Below are positions 20,077 to 30,552 of a stretch of 64,000 nt of DNA, in pieces. This DNA is from Candidatus Poribacteria bacterium (GTDB lineage: Bacteria; Poribacteria; WGA-4E; PCPOR2b). Position numbers and translations under genes: made by a program. The notes beneath the pieces are model-generated. The model ran no database searches, was not told where the DNA came from, and saw only the letters and a list, made by a program, of their open reading frames with translations. Position 1 is the stretch's first letter. Each line of letters starts with the position of its first letter. The stretch is from the NCBI GenBank assembly GCA_965215015.1, contig OZ244042.1, forward strand, positions 4,736,001 to 4,800,000, read 5' to 3'.

Positions 20077-21042
20077 TTAGAACGTAAAAAGGGATTCAAC
20101 TGCAATGATTGTCTCTTCGGCGTCAAGCCGCTGTTTAAATTCGGCGAGAAGTAACCAGTTGTCCGTCGCTGTATAAGAGGGACTAAACGTGAACTCCGTG
20201 GAGGTGTCTTCATTATCCGTACTGATACCACTGAAACGGAGCGTTACAGCAACCGGTGCTGAGATTATATCTGCCAGCGAAACATTGGCCATGCCCAAAA
20301 AGTGCACACCACTATTACCGTCTTCGCCCCAGTTCCCTAACAGGTCAAACTCTCCAGCGAGGGTTAACGGTCCCTGCGCGAATGACATCCACGCGTTGAG
20401 TTCAGTCTGTGTATAGTCGTCCATCGCATCCAAGGCATAGCCAACCTTTGCAGTAATCTGCTCAATTGGGGTCAATGCAAGCTGGGCTTCGATGCCAGGG
20501 GTTCCTGCATCCGTTTCGTTCACATCCCAAACGCTCGACACAAACGCAACGTAAAGTCCTGCCGCTTTCATGGGTTTCACATTAACTGCGACGCCGTTCT
20601 GATAACCCGGATAAGGGATACCTTCAGAAAAAGAGTACTGATAGAGACCTGTCGGCTCTGCCGCTTCAAAACCTAAAGAACTCAGGAAGCGTCCCGCAGT
20701 AATGCTCACACCGGGGAGCATATCTTTAGGAGCCGTGTACGTCACAAAACCCTGTTCCAATTTGATGCCTTGGTCCGAATCTGTGCTATCAATATCAACC
20801 TGTCCAGTAACTGAACCGTAGTTCAGATGAAAGTCCATCTCGAACTGGTCAAAGGATAGACCTGTTTCGGTCTCATCGCCCATAGTCGTTACGGTCGACA
20901 TGTCAAGAAAACCTGAGACCGATAAGTTGTCGTTCAGTTTAATCTCCGCAGAAGCGGAACCGAGCGCGAACATCAGCACCAACATAACAAAAAAACATAA
21001 CGACTGTATACCTCTAGTGTTTAACCTTGCTAAAATCATCAA
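20077..21042 (-). CDS. outer-membrane beta-barrel porin, first gene of the urea cluster
   Basis: Signal peptide, amphipathic beta strands, GRFLSSLGFEAAEP motif and C-terminal Phe. Confidence 0.78.
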   Translation of the reverse strand: MMILARLNTRGIQSLCFFVMLVLMFALGSASAEIKLNDNLSVSGFLDMSTVTTMGDETETGLSFDQFEMDFHLNYGSVTGQVDIDSTDSDQGIKLEQGFVTYTAPKDMLPGVSITAGRFLSSLGFEAAEPTGLYQYSFSEGIPYPGYQNGVAVNVKPMKAAGLYVAFVSSVWDVNETDAGTPGIEAQLALTPIEQITAKVGYALDAMDDYTQTELNAWMSFAQGPLTLAGEFDLLGNWGEDGNSGVHFLGMANVSLADIISAPVAVTLRFSGISTDNEDTSTEFTFSPSYTATDNWLLLAEFKQRLDAEETIIAVESLFTF

Positions 21043-21191
21043 TTAACCTCCATTTTTGAAATGATGTTGAAAGCGTGGGAAAGGATTTCGTCCGTACTTG
21101 CTTTCAACCAGTCTATTGCCGAATCGAACATCCCACTCTTAAAATGAGTGCCTTCGTCAACGACCTAAAAAGGATACGCTGATAAGCATTG

Positions 21192-21206
21192 GCAAAAAAG
21201 ATGCCA
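21192..21206 (-). promoter_or_regulatory. sigma-54 (-24/-12) promoter
   Basis: TGGCATCTTTTTTGC on the minus strand, with exact GG-N10-GC spacing, ~150 nt upstream of the porin start. Confidence 0.7.
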
Positions 21207-21337
21207 AAGATTGACCGGGGTACTTTTTATTGGAAGAAAACCTGTGCAAGGTAAGAGGAAACGGCAGGTGGCTTAATCTTTTGAAATGATTAGTTTGGTG
21301 GGTTATTACTGAAAAGTTGACGCGGTTTTCACCAATT

Positions 21338-21377
21338 TGCTGAAAATTCAAGCAGCAAACCACCTAAATTTTAAGCA
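21338..21377. promoter_or_regulatory. candidate enhancer-binding-protein (NtrC-like) sites
   Basis: 17-bp TGCTGAAAATTCAAGCA (TGC-N11-GCA) plus a degenerate second site CACCTAAATTTTAAGCA, 130-170 bp upstream of the sigma-54 box. Confidence 0.4.
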
Positions 21378-21392
21378 GATGCCGCTATTCTC

Positions 21393-21416
21393 GTAGATCA
21401 AGATTCATATCTCGAC
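21393..21416 (+). repeat. GTAG-type REP
   Basis: GTAGATCAAGATTCATATCTCGAC; same family as 22805, 52606 and 56975. Confidence 0.7.
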
Positions 21417-21589
21417 AAAATACTGAAATCCGAAATTTCTGTAGGTTAAGTTGAACGAGAAACCTAACATCATCAGCTCAATGAACCAATCAACCTCGGG
21501 CCATTTACGCATCACGTTTACTATTCTGTAAATCCTTGAATCCTGAACAGCCTGATTCAGACAAGTGTTTCATCTCTATCAATTTCAAC

Positions 21590-21618
21590 TTGACAAAGTA
21601 CCCTGATTTTGCTAGATT
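21590..21618 (+). promoter_or_regulatory. sigma-70 promoter
   Basis: TTGACA-17 nt-TAGATT with TG extension, upstream of the Ldh-family gene. Confidence 0.6.
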
Positions 21619-21694
21619 AAAGCCAGAATACCAGTCAAGCAGGCAGGAGAATTAGACACGCCCTACATTATTCATACCGAATTAGGAGGATATC

Positions 21695-22744
21695 ATGCCA
21701 ACCATTCCAGCTGAACAATTGCGAGAAATTGCCTCCCAACTCCTTCAGGGTGCAGGAGCTAGCGCGGAGGAAGCAGCAATCATCTCTCGGCACTCTATGG
21801 GTGCTAATCTAGCGGGCCACGACTCACACGGGATTATTGCTATTCCCGGCTATATCGATCGGATAAAACAGGGGCATATCGTACCGGGCGCTCCCTTCGA
21901 GATCGCCCGCGAAAGCAGTGTTACTACAGTTATCGACGGCAACTGGGGATTCGGATACGTGGTTTCCGAGCGGGCAATGCAGATCACCATAGATAAGGCA
22001 AAACAACACGGTGTTGCAGCCACCACGGTCTACCAGCAGAGCCACGTCGGACGGGTGGCAGACTACCCTATCATGGCAGCCCAAGCAGATCTTATCGGAC
22101 TGATGACCGCTGACTCCGGACGTACCAGCAAATCAGTGGCACCTTTCGGGGGCAGAGAAGCACGGCTTGGTACGAATCCCATCTGTATCGCAATGCCCAG
22201 CGATCTGGAGGGTGTCCTGTTCATAGATATGGCGACCAGTGCTGTCGCAGGCGGCAAAATCAGCGTGGCACGTGCGCGGGGTGTTGAAATTCCGGAGGGT
22301 TGGATTCTCGATAAGGAGGGCAATCAGACGACAGACCCTGAAGACTTGGGGCGTGGCGGTGTTCAACTCCCGTTGGGAGGGCCAGAGGGGCACAAGGGAT
22401 ACGGATTATCGGTGATGGTTGAAACTTTCTCTGGTATCCTTACCGGTCTCGGTTTCGGGCATGATCCGTCGGGCAAGCACAACGACGGCTGTTTCATGGC
22501 AGCTTTCAACGTTGATGCCTTCCGTCCCCTTGCAGAATTCAAGAAAGAGGTCGCAGACTTCGCCGCCTATCTGAAGAGCTGTCCACCAGCGACCGGCTTC
22601 ACAGAAGTATTCTATCCCGGCGAGTTAGAACATCTGCGAACCCAGCAGAAATTACTGGAAGGTATTTTCATTGAAGATGCTACATGGAATAGTCTTAAAT
22701 CTTTGGCAGAGGAATACGGCATCGCAGCCTCGCTCGGTTTCTAG
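21695..22744 (+). CDS. Ldh_2 family oxidoreductase (malate/L-lactate/sulfolactate/ureidoglycolate dehydrogenase-like)
   Basis: GHDSHGI, SHVGR, GTNPIC, DMATS and GHKGYGL. Confidence 0.9.
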   Translation: MPTIPAEQLREIASQLLQGAGASAEEAAIISRHSMGANLAGHDSHGIIAIPGYIDRIKQGHIVPGAPFEIARESSVTTVIDGNWGFGYVVSERAMQITIDKAKQHGVAATTVYQQSHVGRVADYPIMAAQADLIGLMTADSGRTSKSVAPFGGREARLGTNPICIAMPSDLEGVLFIDMATSAVAGGKISVARARGVEIPEGWILDKEGNQTTDPEDLGRGGVQLPLGGPEGHKGYGLSVMVETFSGILTGLGFGHDPSGKHNDGCFMAAFNVDAFRPLAEFKKEVADFAAYLKSCPPATGFTEVFYPGELEHLRTQQKLLEGIFIEDATWNSLKSLAEEYGIAASLGF

Positions 22745-22804
22745 TGTCCAATCCTAACCGAGTTTCCACTAAGAGCCCCGGTAGACTGACATCGTAAGCA
22801 ACCC

Positions 22805-22990
22805 GTAGGTCGAGATTCATATCTCGGCAAAATACCCGGTGTGTCGCGCAAGAATCATGGTTGATTGAAAACACCCGGGCTCTCGCGTAATGTTCCGGGC
22901 GGATTGAGCTAATCGTGGGGCGCAACAGTGTCTGGTATTCTATAGTGCAATGTTCTCGGTATTTTCGATTTTGGAAAATTGACCGACTCA
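22805..22990 (+). repeat. composite REP-associated repeat
   Basis: Starts GTAGGTCGAGATTCATATCTCGGC; its blocks match the reverse complement of 56871-56998 and 52561-52629. Confidence 0.72.
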
Positions 22991-23132
22991 ACTCTGAGAC
23001 GGCTATAATAGGTTGGGTTGAACGGGAACCGTGAAACCTACCCAGCACCTTCTCCCACGTTCTGGAGGAGTGCAATGTATAGAGTCTACCAGCTCAATCA
23101 ACCAACATAATACCAATGCAGGTTAATTAACA

Positions 23133-23960
23133 CTACTCAGATTTAATTGCAGCGCAATCCGCAGCGATCCACTCCTTCCACTGCGTCTCATCTGGAGCCA
23201 GAAACCCGGAATTGCAGCGCGGCTGCAGCTGGGTATCAACCCCCAAAAGCCGCATCAACCGATAATCATCACGATCACGGGCTTCCGCAAGGAGGCGTTG
23301 TGTTAAGGGCCCGCTATGGTTATCGGTGTGCTTGAGCCATGTCGAATTGTAGTAAATACTAAAAAAGTAGCGTAAACCATCGGCTGTATTCGGTGTCCCT
23401 GAATGAATGAGATGGTTGTGCGTCACAACGACATCACCAGCCTTCATGTAAAGCAAAGTTTCATCTGGATGCGGCTTATTTCGATCCTCTATTTCTATCG
23501 TAATCGGCTGCCGATGCGATCCAACAATCAACCGCAACGGGCCGTATTCGTCCGTTAAGTCTTGTAAATAACTAATAGCGTTCGCAGCGAACGGACGCTC
23601 GTAGATATCCTTTTGCGGCACTTTTGCCCACCGATCTCGGTGCCAACCGGACGCACGACCTTCAGCTTGATCTTTAGGTACGCTTGGAAAAGCAGCAAGG
23701 GTGAGGTTATCAAGTTGCACAAACGGGCCCATCACCGACTCCAAAAAGTTAAGTATCGTTGGATGTTTCACCGCGGGCCACATTAACTTTGGTGCATATT
23801 CAAGCATGTTACCGAACCAAGTTTGTCCGTCATAATCCGCCATTAACTCCTGATGTCTCTCACGCCAACTCTGCATCTGCGCCTTGGTGAACAAACCCTC
23901 AAAGACGGTGAAACCATTTGCCTTATATTCTTCCAAACGCCGATCTAAATCTTTGGTCAT
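23133..23960 (-). CDS. PhyH-family dioxygenase
   Basis: GWHRD, SYLQDLTDEYGPL, GSHR and HSGTPN. Confidence 0.82.
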   Translation of the reverse strand: MTKDLDRRLEEYKANGFTVFEGLFTKAQMQSWRERHQELMADYDGQTWFGNMLEYAPKLMWPAVKHPTILNFLESVMGPFVQLDNLTLAAFPSVPKDQAEGRASGWHRDRWAKVPQKDIYERPFAANAISYLQDLTDEYGPLRLIVGSHRQPITIEIEDRNKPHPDETLLYMKAGDVVVTHNHLIHSGTPNTADGLRYFFSIYYNSTWLKHTDNHSGPLTQRLLAEARDRDDYRLMRLLGVDTQLQPRCNSGFLAPDETQWKEWIAADCAAIKSE

Positions 23961-24232
23961 CGTTATCTTCTCCTCACTTATACATGTGCTATCCGTATCT
24001 AAGAAACAAACCCCTAAGAACTATTGAAGTCATCGCAACAGGAACCCACTTAAAAAAATAGGTTTCAGATTGGCGATAGATATGGTATACTGCCTCCCGC
24101 CAGAAATTGAATTTTGTGGCGGATATATCTCCTGACGCATTGGACAACTCACATCGCAATTTTATATAATGCTTAAGTATACCATGTTACGATTCCCAGA
24201 AACCACGCTTTTCAACGAAATTTGTTTACATA

Positions 24233-24399
24233 TGTAGGACTTACGCAGTTGAAGGCTCAAAGCCTTGTAGCTCGGCGATTGATCACCGATGGACACCGTT
24301 GCCAACGCCCGATGAATCGGGCAACTACAGCAAGAACTCCATAAGGAATCTGTAGGGCACACCGATCGGTGTGCCCTGCAGAAGTGCGTAACTCCTACA
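24233..24399. repeat. nested REP doublet (REPIN-like)
   Basis: Outer IR TGTAGGACTTACGCAGTT (16/18 match), an inner GTAG pair, and a perfect 24-bp palindrome at 24354-24377. Confidence 0.7.
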
Positions 24400-24423
24400 C
24401 ATATTAAGGAGAATATACTGTAA

Positions 24424-25386
24424 ATGAAGATTTTGATCGGACCCAATCACATGAAACTCGAAGACGGGATCTCCGAATTTGAGAAAACATATCCTGACGT
24501 GGAATTTATCCACTGTGCTAAACCAGAAGATGTACCAAGACTTATCGCTGATGCCGACGTATACATCGGTTGGCTCAACCGTGATGTTTTCTTGGCTGCC
24601 AAAAACATCAAATGGATTCAGTCCCCCAGTTCTGGAGTTGACTATTTTGTCTCCATCCCCGAACTGGTGGAGAGCGACGTCCTGCTCACGAGCGCAAGTG
24701 GCACCCACGCTGCATGTGTCGCAGAAAGTGCTATTGCTATGATCCTCGCTTTTACCCGCGGTATCAGAGATTCTGTCTTGGCACAGCAGCAAAAGCAGTG
24801 GGCAATAGGTAAAATTCGCCCCAAGATGGTAGAGTTGACCAACAGCACGATGGGGATAATTGGGTTTGGAAATATTGGACGCGAGATTGCCAAGCGGGGA
24901 AGTGTCTTTGATATGCGAATCATCGCCGTAGACCTCTACCCCGGTGACAAACTAGACTACGTCAGTGAAGTGTGGGGCTTTGATCGACTAGATGACCTAT
25001 TACGCGAATCCGACTATGTGTTAATCGCCGTTCCCCGCACACCAGAGACGCGCGGCATGATCGGGGCAGAACAAATAGCACTGATGAAATCCACGGCGAT
25101 GCTAGTTCCTATGTCGCGGGGCGGCATCGTTGACGAAGCAGCGATGGCAACCGCGTTGCGTGAGGGACGGTTAGCTGCGGCAGCACTGGATGTCTTTGCA
25201 ACGGAGCCTCTGCCTGAAGACAGCGAACTGTGGGAAATGGAAAATGTATTAATCACGCCGCACGTTTCCGGCGGCACACAGTTTGAAGGGCAGCATGTTC
25301 TTGAAATCTTCGGCGAGAATATCGGGCACTTCGTGCGCGGAGAATTACCACTGCACAATCAAGTTGACAAAAGCGCCGGCTTCTAA
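24424..25386 (+). CDS. D-2-hydroxyacid dehydrogenase
   Basis: GIIGFGNIG, SRGGIVDE, ALDVFATEPL and ITPHVSG. Confidence 0.92.
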   Translation: MKILIGPNHMKLEDGISEFEKTYPDVEFIHCAKPEDVPRLIADADVYIGWLNRDVFLAAKNIKWIQSPSSGVDYFVSIPELVESDVLLTSASGTHAACVAESAIAMILAFTRGIRDSVLAQQQKQWAIGKIRPKMVELTNSTMGIIGFGNIGREIAKRGSVFDMRIIAVDLYPGDKLDYVSEVWGFDRLDDLLRESDYVLIAVPRTPETRGMIGAEQIALMKSTAMLVPMSRGGIVDEAAMATALREGRLAAAALDVFATEPLPEDSELWEMENVLITPHVSGGTQFEGQHVLEIFGENIGHFVRGELPLHNQVDKSAGF

Positions 25387-25398
25387 AAGGACACGCAG

Positions 25399-26394
25399 AT
25401 GCACAAACTAGGCGTCGGACTGATGGGCAGTGATGTCCATGTATCTGGATATATCAAGGGATTTACCGCTTGCCCTGATGTCGAATTAATCGGTATTGCC
25501 GACGATAGCGAAGACACAGCGCAAGACCTTTGTCGTCAAGGCCAAATGAAATATGCCACGACTAATTATCAGCAGCTGTTAGATGACAAAGAGATCCAGA
25601 TTGTCTTGGTTTGTACCCCAGATCTCTTTCACGCCGAACACGCTATCGCGGCACTTCAGGCCGGAAAGCATGTTCTATGTGAGAAACCAATGGCAGTCGA
25701 TATAGAAAGCTGTCGAAAATTGGTGCAAACAGTGGACGAAACCGGACTCACGTTTATGGCGAGTCAGTTTATGCGCTTTGAGCCCACTTACAAACGGATT
25801 AAGCAGATCTACGACGCTGAAGGGATTGGACGCGCCTTTTTCGTTGAAGGCAGCTATATCCACGATATGCACTCTTACTACAAACCGGTAACTTGGCGAT
25901 CCCATCCGCAGACTGCACAGAACATCCTGATCGGGGGCGGCTGCCATCCCTTCGATCTGCTCCGGTGGACGATTGGGGTTGACATTACAGAAGTCCACGC
26001 CTATTCCAACGGGTACGCCGCTCAAGATTTTCCCCTCGATGACTGTTACATCTTTACCTTTCAGTTTGAGAATAGCTGTATCGGCAAAGTGCTCGTTACC
26101 AGTGGATGTAGAGGTCGTGGGATGGGCGAAGGCTTCCTCTCCATCTATGGCACGGAAGGAACGATCTGGAAAAACCATATCCACCATAGCGATGGTCGGA
26201 CGGAAGAAATTATCGCAGACACTGGAGATGCAATTCAGGAAGCAGTTTCTCATTTCGTTGACTGCGTGATCAATGGGGCACAACCATTGATTGATGTGCG
26301 AGAAGGGGCGAAAACTGTTTCAGGCTTAGTCGCAGGTGTAGAGTCTGCAGAAACAGGGAAGCCAGTAAAGGTCATCAACCAGTTCTATGAATAG
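25399..26394 (+). CDS. Gfo/Idh/MocA family oxidoreductase
   Basis: TPDLFH, GKHVLCEKP and GGGCHPFD. Confidence 0.9.
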   Translation: MHKLGVGLMGSDVHVSGYIKGFTACPDVELIGIADDSEDTAQDLCRQGQMKYATTNYQQLLDDKEIQIVLVCTPDLFHAEHAIAALQAGKHVLCEKPMAVDIESCRKLVQTVDETGLTFMASQFMRFEPTYKRIKQIYDAEGIGRAFFVEGSYIHDMHSYYKPVTWRSHPQTAQNILIGGGCHPFDLLRWTIGVDITEVHAYSNGYAAQDFPLDDCYIFTFQFENSCIGKVLVTSGCRGRGMGEGFLSIYGTEGTIWKNHIHHSDGRTEEIIADTGDAIQEAVSHFVDCVINGAQPLIDVREGAKTVSGLVAGVESAETGKPVKVINQFYE

Positions 26395-26485
26395 TGAGTG
26401 TAGTTTGTAGGGAACGGAGATTTCCGTTCCGTTTCTTCTTACGTATGTAAGTGTTACGTATTATTCTTCATTAGCCTTAGTTACT

Positions 26486-26961
26486 TGAGGAGTGCTCATA
26501 AGTATTGTCTGAATCATGGATTAAACTGGTGGTACGGATTGAGAAACGATTGAACGTTCGGGAAAATCTGTCGGATCGTGTGAATAGCAATTCGCGTGGA
26601 TTCATGGTTGAAAAACGCCTCCGTAAATCTCCACCAATCAATAGAAATAAAAAAAGCGTTGAGTCGCGGATTTAGCGGAGGACGCAGATAGGGACAAACG
26701 TGCAATGAATTGGACTACTATGGACAGGGTGATTTATGTGAGGAGGGCTCATCAGTCAGATTACGCGCGGACGACCGACGGGTATGGAGATCAGTGGTCG
26801 ATGGGGCAAGATGACGCACCTATGGAGTCGGGAGTGTTCTGTTTTTTCCAATTATAGTTGGGAGCTTAATGGAAGTTGAGTGTTAGCCGAGCCATAGGCC
26901 ATAACAGTTGTGGGGTTTACAGCACGATAGATCATGTCTACTACTTTATGAGTACCCCTCA
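26486..26961. mobile_element. MITE copy 2 (longer variant)
   Basis: TIRs TGAGGAGTGCTCATAA / TTATGAGTACCCCTCA; flanks GTTACT / GTTGCT (5/6); ~300 bp colinear with 12067-12392. Confidence 0.78.
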
Positions 26962-27071
26962 GTTGCTTTGAACCCTAATTTTATGGGACGGATATAATAA
27001 TAAAAAAACTCTGTGCGCTCTGCACCTCTGCGGTGGATTTAACATAAAAATTATATCGAATAAAAAAAACT

Positions 27072-28520
27072 ATGTCGACAAAAAAATTAACCCCAGAACA
27101 GGGTGAGGCTTTACGCCACATCCCCGCTATTGAGCAGTTGCTCTCCCATGAACTGTTTCTCCGTATGCAGGAACAGTATTCGCGCGATCTCATTACGGAA
27201 GCCTTACGCACAGTTACCGCAGAGGTTCGCAAACAAATCCTTAACAACAAGGAATTTGTGGAACCACCAGATGAAGTAGCGTATGCAGCACTTGTCCGTA
27301 CGGAGATTGAATCTCTTACTGCCCCCGCGTTGCGTCCGATTGTCAACGCCACCGGCACAATCACACATACCAACCTCGGCAGATCGCTGCTCAGCACTTC
27401 GGCATCTGAAAACCTCGCTCAAGCCGCCGCCAACTATGTGAATCTGGAATATGATCTTGATACAGGCGGGCGTGGACACCGAGACCAAATCACGGAGCCC
27501 CTGTTACAGTACCTAACAGGGTGTGAAGCCTCAACAATAGTGAACAACAACGCAGCAGCTGTACTACTTACATTAAATACGCTAGCGCGTGGCAAAGAGG
27601 TCATTGTGTCCCGCGGCGAACTCATCGAGATTGGTGGAGCATTCCGCATCCCCGATGTGATGGAAGCGAGCGGAGCCATCTTGCGTGAGGTAGGCACAAC
27701 AAATCGAACACACCTTCGAGACTACGAAAACGCGATTAATGAAAATACAGCGTTGCTGCTCAAAGTACATCCGAGCAACTACAAAGTTGTCGGATTCGCT
27801 TCAACTCCCTCAATGGAAGAACTTACGGAACTGGGACATCAGCACGATATCCCAACAATGGAAGACCTTGGGAGCGGTTCCCTGATTGATCTGACCTCTT
27901 ACAATCTGCCCTATGAGCCAGTCGTCCGGGAGCGGATAAGTGCTGATGTCGATGTTGTCACGTTCAGCGGCGATAAGCTGCTCGGAGGCCCGCAGGCGGG
28001 GATTATTGTAGGTAGACAAGATACAATCGAGAAAATTCGCAAGAATCCATTGATGCGGGCGTTGCGCGTAGGAAAACTCACCATCGCTGCGATCGAAGCC
28101 ACCTTGAGAATCTACCTTAATGAAAAGGAACTGACCGAGAAACTACCGATGTTTCAACGTTATATGCGACCAGTTACTGAACTCCGTGAGATCGCTGAAA
28201 AACTCGCCAATCACCTTCGGCAAATCTTCGGGGACGCAATCCAAGTAACGGTTGCAGAGAGCACCGCGCAGATTGGCAGCGGCTCACTACCCGTTGACAC
28301 CCTGCCTAGTCTTGCCATCAGCCTACACACACCCCAGGTCTCCGCCGAAACCCTCGCCGCACACTTCCGAGCGCAGCCGATACCTGTGATTGGTCGTGTG
28401 CAGGATCGACAGATTTGGCTCGATGTGCGGACAGTGTTTGAACAGGAATCGGTGTGGATTGTTGAAGCAGCAAAGTGTGTGATGCAAAAACATCAAGCAG
28501 AACCAGACGATTCGACTTAG
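27072..28520 (+). CDS. selA: L-seryl-tRNA(Sec) selenium transferase
   Basis: NATGTITHTNLGR, VNNNAAA, SRGELIEIGG and FSGDKLLGGPQAG. Confidence 0.96.
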   Translation: MSTKKLTPEQGEALRHIPAIEQLLSHELFLRMQEQYSRDLITEALRTVTAEVRKQILNNKEFVEPPDEVAYAALVRTEIESLTAPALRPIVNATGTITHTNLGRSLLSTSASENLAQAAANYVNLEYDLDTGGRGHRDQITEPLLQYLTGCEASTIVNNNAAAVLLTLNTLARGKEVIVSRGELIEIGGAFRIPDVMEASGAILREVGTTNRTHLRDYENAINENTALLLKVHPSNYKVVGFASTPSMEELTELGHQHDIPTMEDLGSGSLIDLTSYNLPYEPVVRERISADVDVVTFSGDKLLGGPQAGIIVGRQDTIEKIRKNPLMRALRVGKLTIAAIEATLRIYLNEKELTEKLPMFQRYMRPVTELREIAEKLANHLRQIFGDAIQVTVAESTAQIGSGSLPVDTLPSLAISLHTPQVSAETLAAHFRAQPIPVIGRVQDRQIWLDVRTVFEQESVWIVEAAKCVMQKHQAEPDDST

Positions 28521-28535
28521 AGGGAACAGGATATT

Positions 28536-30458
28536 ATGCCACATGTCATCATTGGCACCGCTGGACACGTTGACCACGGAAAATCTGCTCTGATACATGC
28601 CCTCACTGGCATCGAAACCGATCGACTCAAAGAGGAGCAGGAGCGTGGTCTGTCAATCGAGTTGGGATTTGCCTACTTCGATCTGCCCGATGGTTCACGT
28701 GCCGGAATCGTTGATGTTCCCGGTCATGAGCGGTTTATCCGAAACATGCTCTCAGGCGCGTATGGGATGGACATGGTGTTGCTTGTCATTGATGCAAAGG
28801 AGGGGGTGCAGGAACAGACACTGGAACACCTAGAGATTCTTGATTTGCTCGGCATTTCGACCGGGATCCTTGTGATGACGAAGGTGGATCTAGTGACACC
28901 GGACCAGTTGGCAGAGGCCGCCGAAATGTCCCAAGAGATGTTGGCTGGAACAACCCTCGAAGGCTCACCCACCGTCCACGTTTCAGCAGTGACAGGTGAA
29001 GGCTTAGAGGAACTTAAGAGTACAATTGTAACCTGTGTCAATACAGAGGCGCAAGCCGATAGGCATAAGGGCATCCCGCGCCTGTATGTAGATCGTGTCT
29101 TTTCGATGACAGGGTTTGGTGCAGTTGTGACAGGCACGCTGATGGGTGGTGTAATCCAGCGCGAACAACGGCTAGTCATGCTACCCCAAGGGCAAGAAGC
29201 ACGTGTCCGCGGCGTCCAAGTTCACAACGAACAGGCTGAAAACGCACAATCCGGACAGCGGACAGCATTGAACCTATCAGGCATCACCAAAGACCAAATT
29301 GAACGCGGGAATGTGCTTTGTCCAAGCGGATTTTCGGAGGTCACAGACAATATCGACGTATCGCTCGATCTCCTGTCGTCTTTCCCAAGAATGCTTGAAC
29401 ACTGGACGCGCTTGCGGTTTTATCTCGGCACGAGTGAGACCTTCTGCCGGGCAATCCTACTGATGGACGAAGCAGTCTTACCGGGGGATTCGACGCAGCT
29501 CCAATTGCGACTTGAGAAACCGATTTTGACCTTCAAAGGAGATCGATTTATCGTGCGCGACTTCTCAGCCCAACATACGGTCGGCGGTGGGCGGGTGGTC
29601 AACCCATTCGCCCCGCGTCACAAGCGATTCACGGAAGAAACCCTAGATATCCTAACAGTGTGGGAAGGTGCCGAGGATGCGGAGGTTGTGAGGCTCGTAT
29701 TGGCGCAAAGCCGTAACCTCTGTGTGCCCGAAGAATTTCTCCGCTACTACCTTCCTTATACTGATTCAGAATTTCGAGCATTCCTAAAAGACCTTGAGGA
29801 GCGTCAAGAGATTGTTCGTTGGACGGGAACCACGCCGCTCGTTTCTGCGATGGGCCGGACGAAACAGGCACAAGCGAATCTGACTGATGCTTTAAGAAGT
29901 TTCCATGAAGATCAACCCCTTGTATCCGGTCAGAACGCCTCGCAACTCCGTCTCCAACTCGGACTGGACGAAATCGGTTTTGAGAAGGTTGTTGATCAGC
30001 TAATTCGCGGAAAAGAGATTATTACAGAGGGGAATCTGCTACGCCTATCATCACATCAAATCCAGTTTTCAGCGGAGGAAGAAAATATAAAGGAAAAGGT
30101 TGAAGCGATCTTCCTTGACGCCGGCATAAACACTCCAGCTATGGGCGAGTTGACCGCCCAACTGTCCGACTATCCGCCGCAGTCGGTTCAGCAGACCTTT
30201 TATGCCCTGATGAACATGGGACGATTCATTAGAATTGGGGATGACCTCTTTATTCATACCCAAATGTTTGACGCAATTGTGAATTTGCTTACCGATTACC
30301 TCCAGAAAAATGATATAATAACTGTCGCCGAATTTCGAGAACTTGCACAAACCAGCAGGAAGTACGCCGTGCCATTCCTCGAATACTGCGATGGACAAGG
30401 ATTGACAATCCGCGCGGGGAATCACCGGCGGCTGCGGCAATCTCAACGCAAGGCGTAG
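28536..30458 (+). CDS. selB: selenocysteine-specific elongation factor
   Basis: GTAGHVDHGKS, DVPGHERF and C-terminal winged-helix motif SRKYAVPFLEY. Confidence 0.96.
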   Translation: MPHVIIGTAGHVDHGKSALIHALTGIETDRLKEEQERGLSIELGFAYFDLPDGSRAGIVDVPGHERFIRNMLSGAYGMDMVLLVIDAKEGVQEQTLEHLEILDLLGISTGILVMTKVDLVTPDQLAEAAEMSQEMLAGTTLEGSPTVHVSAVTGEGLEELKSTIVTCVNTEAQADRHKGIPRLYVDRVFSMTGFGAVVTGTLMGGVIQREQRLVMLPQGQEARVRGVQVHNEQAENAQSGQRTALNLSGITKDQIERGNVLCPSGFSEVTDNIDVSLDLLSSFPRMLEHWTRLRFYLGTSETFCRAILLMDEAVLPGDSTQLQLRLEKPILTFKGDRFIVRDFSAQHTVGGGRVVNPFAPRHKRFTEETLDILTVWEGAEDAEVVRLVLAQSRNLCVPEEFLRYYLPYTDSEFRAFLKDLEERQEIVRWTGTTPLVSAMGRTKQAQANLTDALRSFHEDQPLVSGQNASQLRLQLGLDEIGFEKVVDQLIRGKEIITEGNLLRLSSHQIQFSAEEENIKEKVEAIFLDAGINTPAMGELTAQLSDYPPQSVQQTFYALMNMGRFIRIGDDLFIHTQMFDAIVNLLTDYLQKNDIITVAEFRELAQTSRKYAVPFLEYCDGQGLTIRAGNHRRLRQSQRKA

Positions 30459-30552
30459 CGAGCATCTCCTGTCAATTGGAAAAACCTATAATTTCATGGG
30501 AAAAAAGTCAAAATTCAGATGAATCAAACAAACATTGCGTAAATTTCTATCT

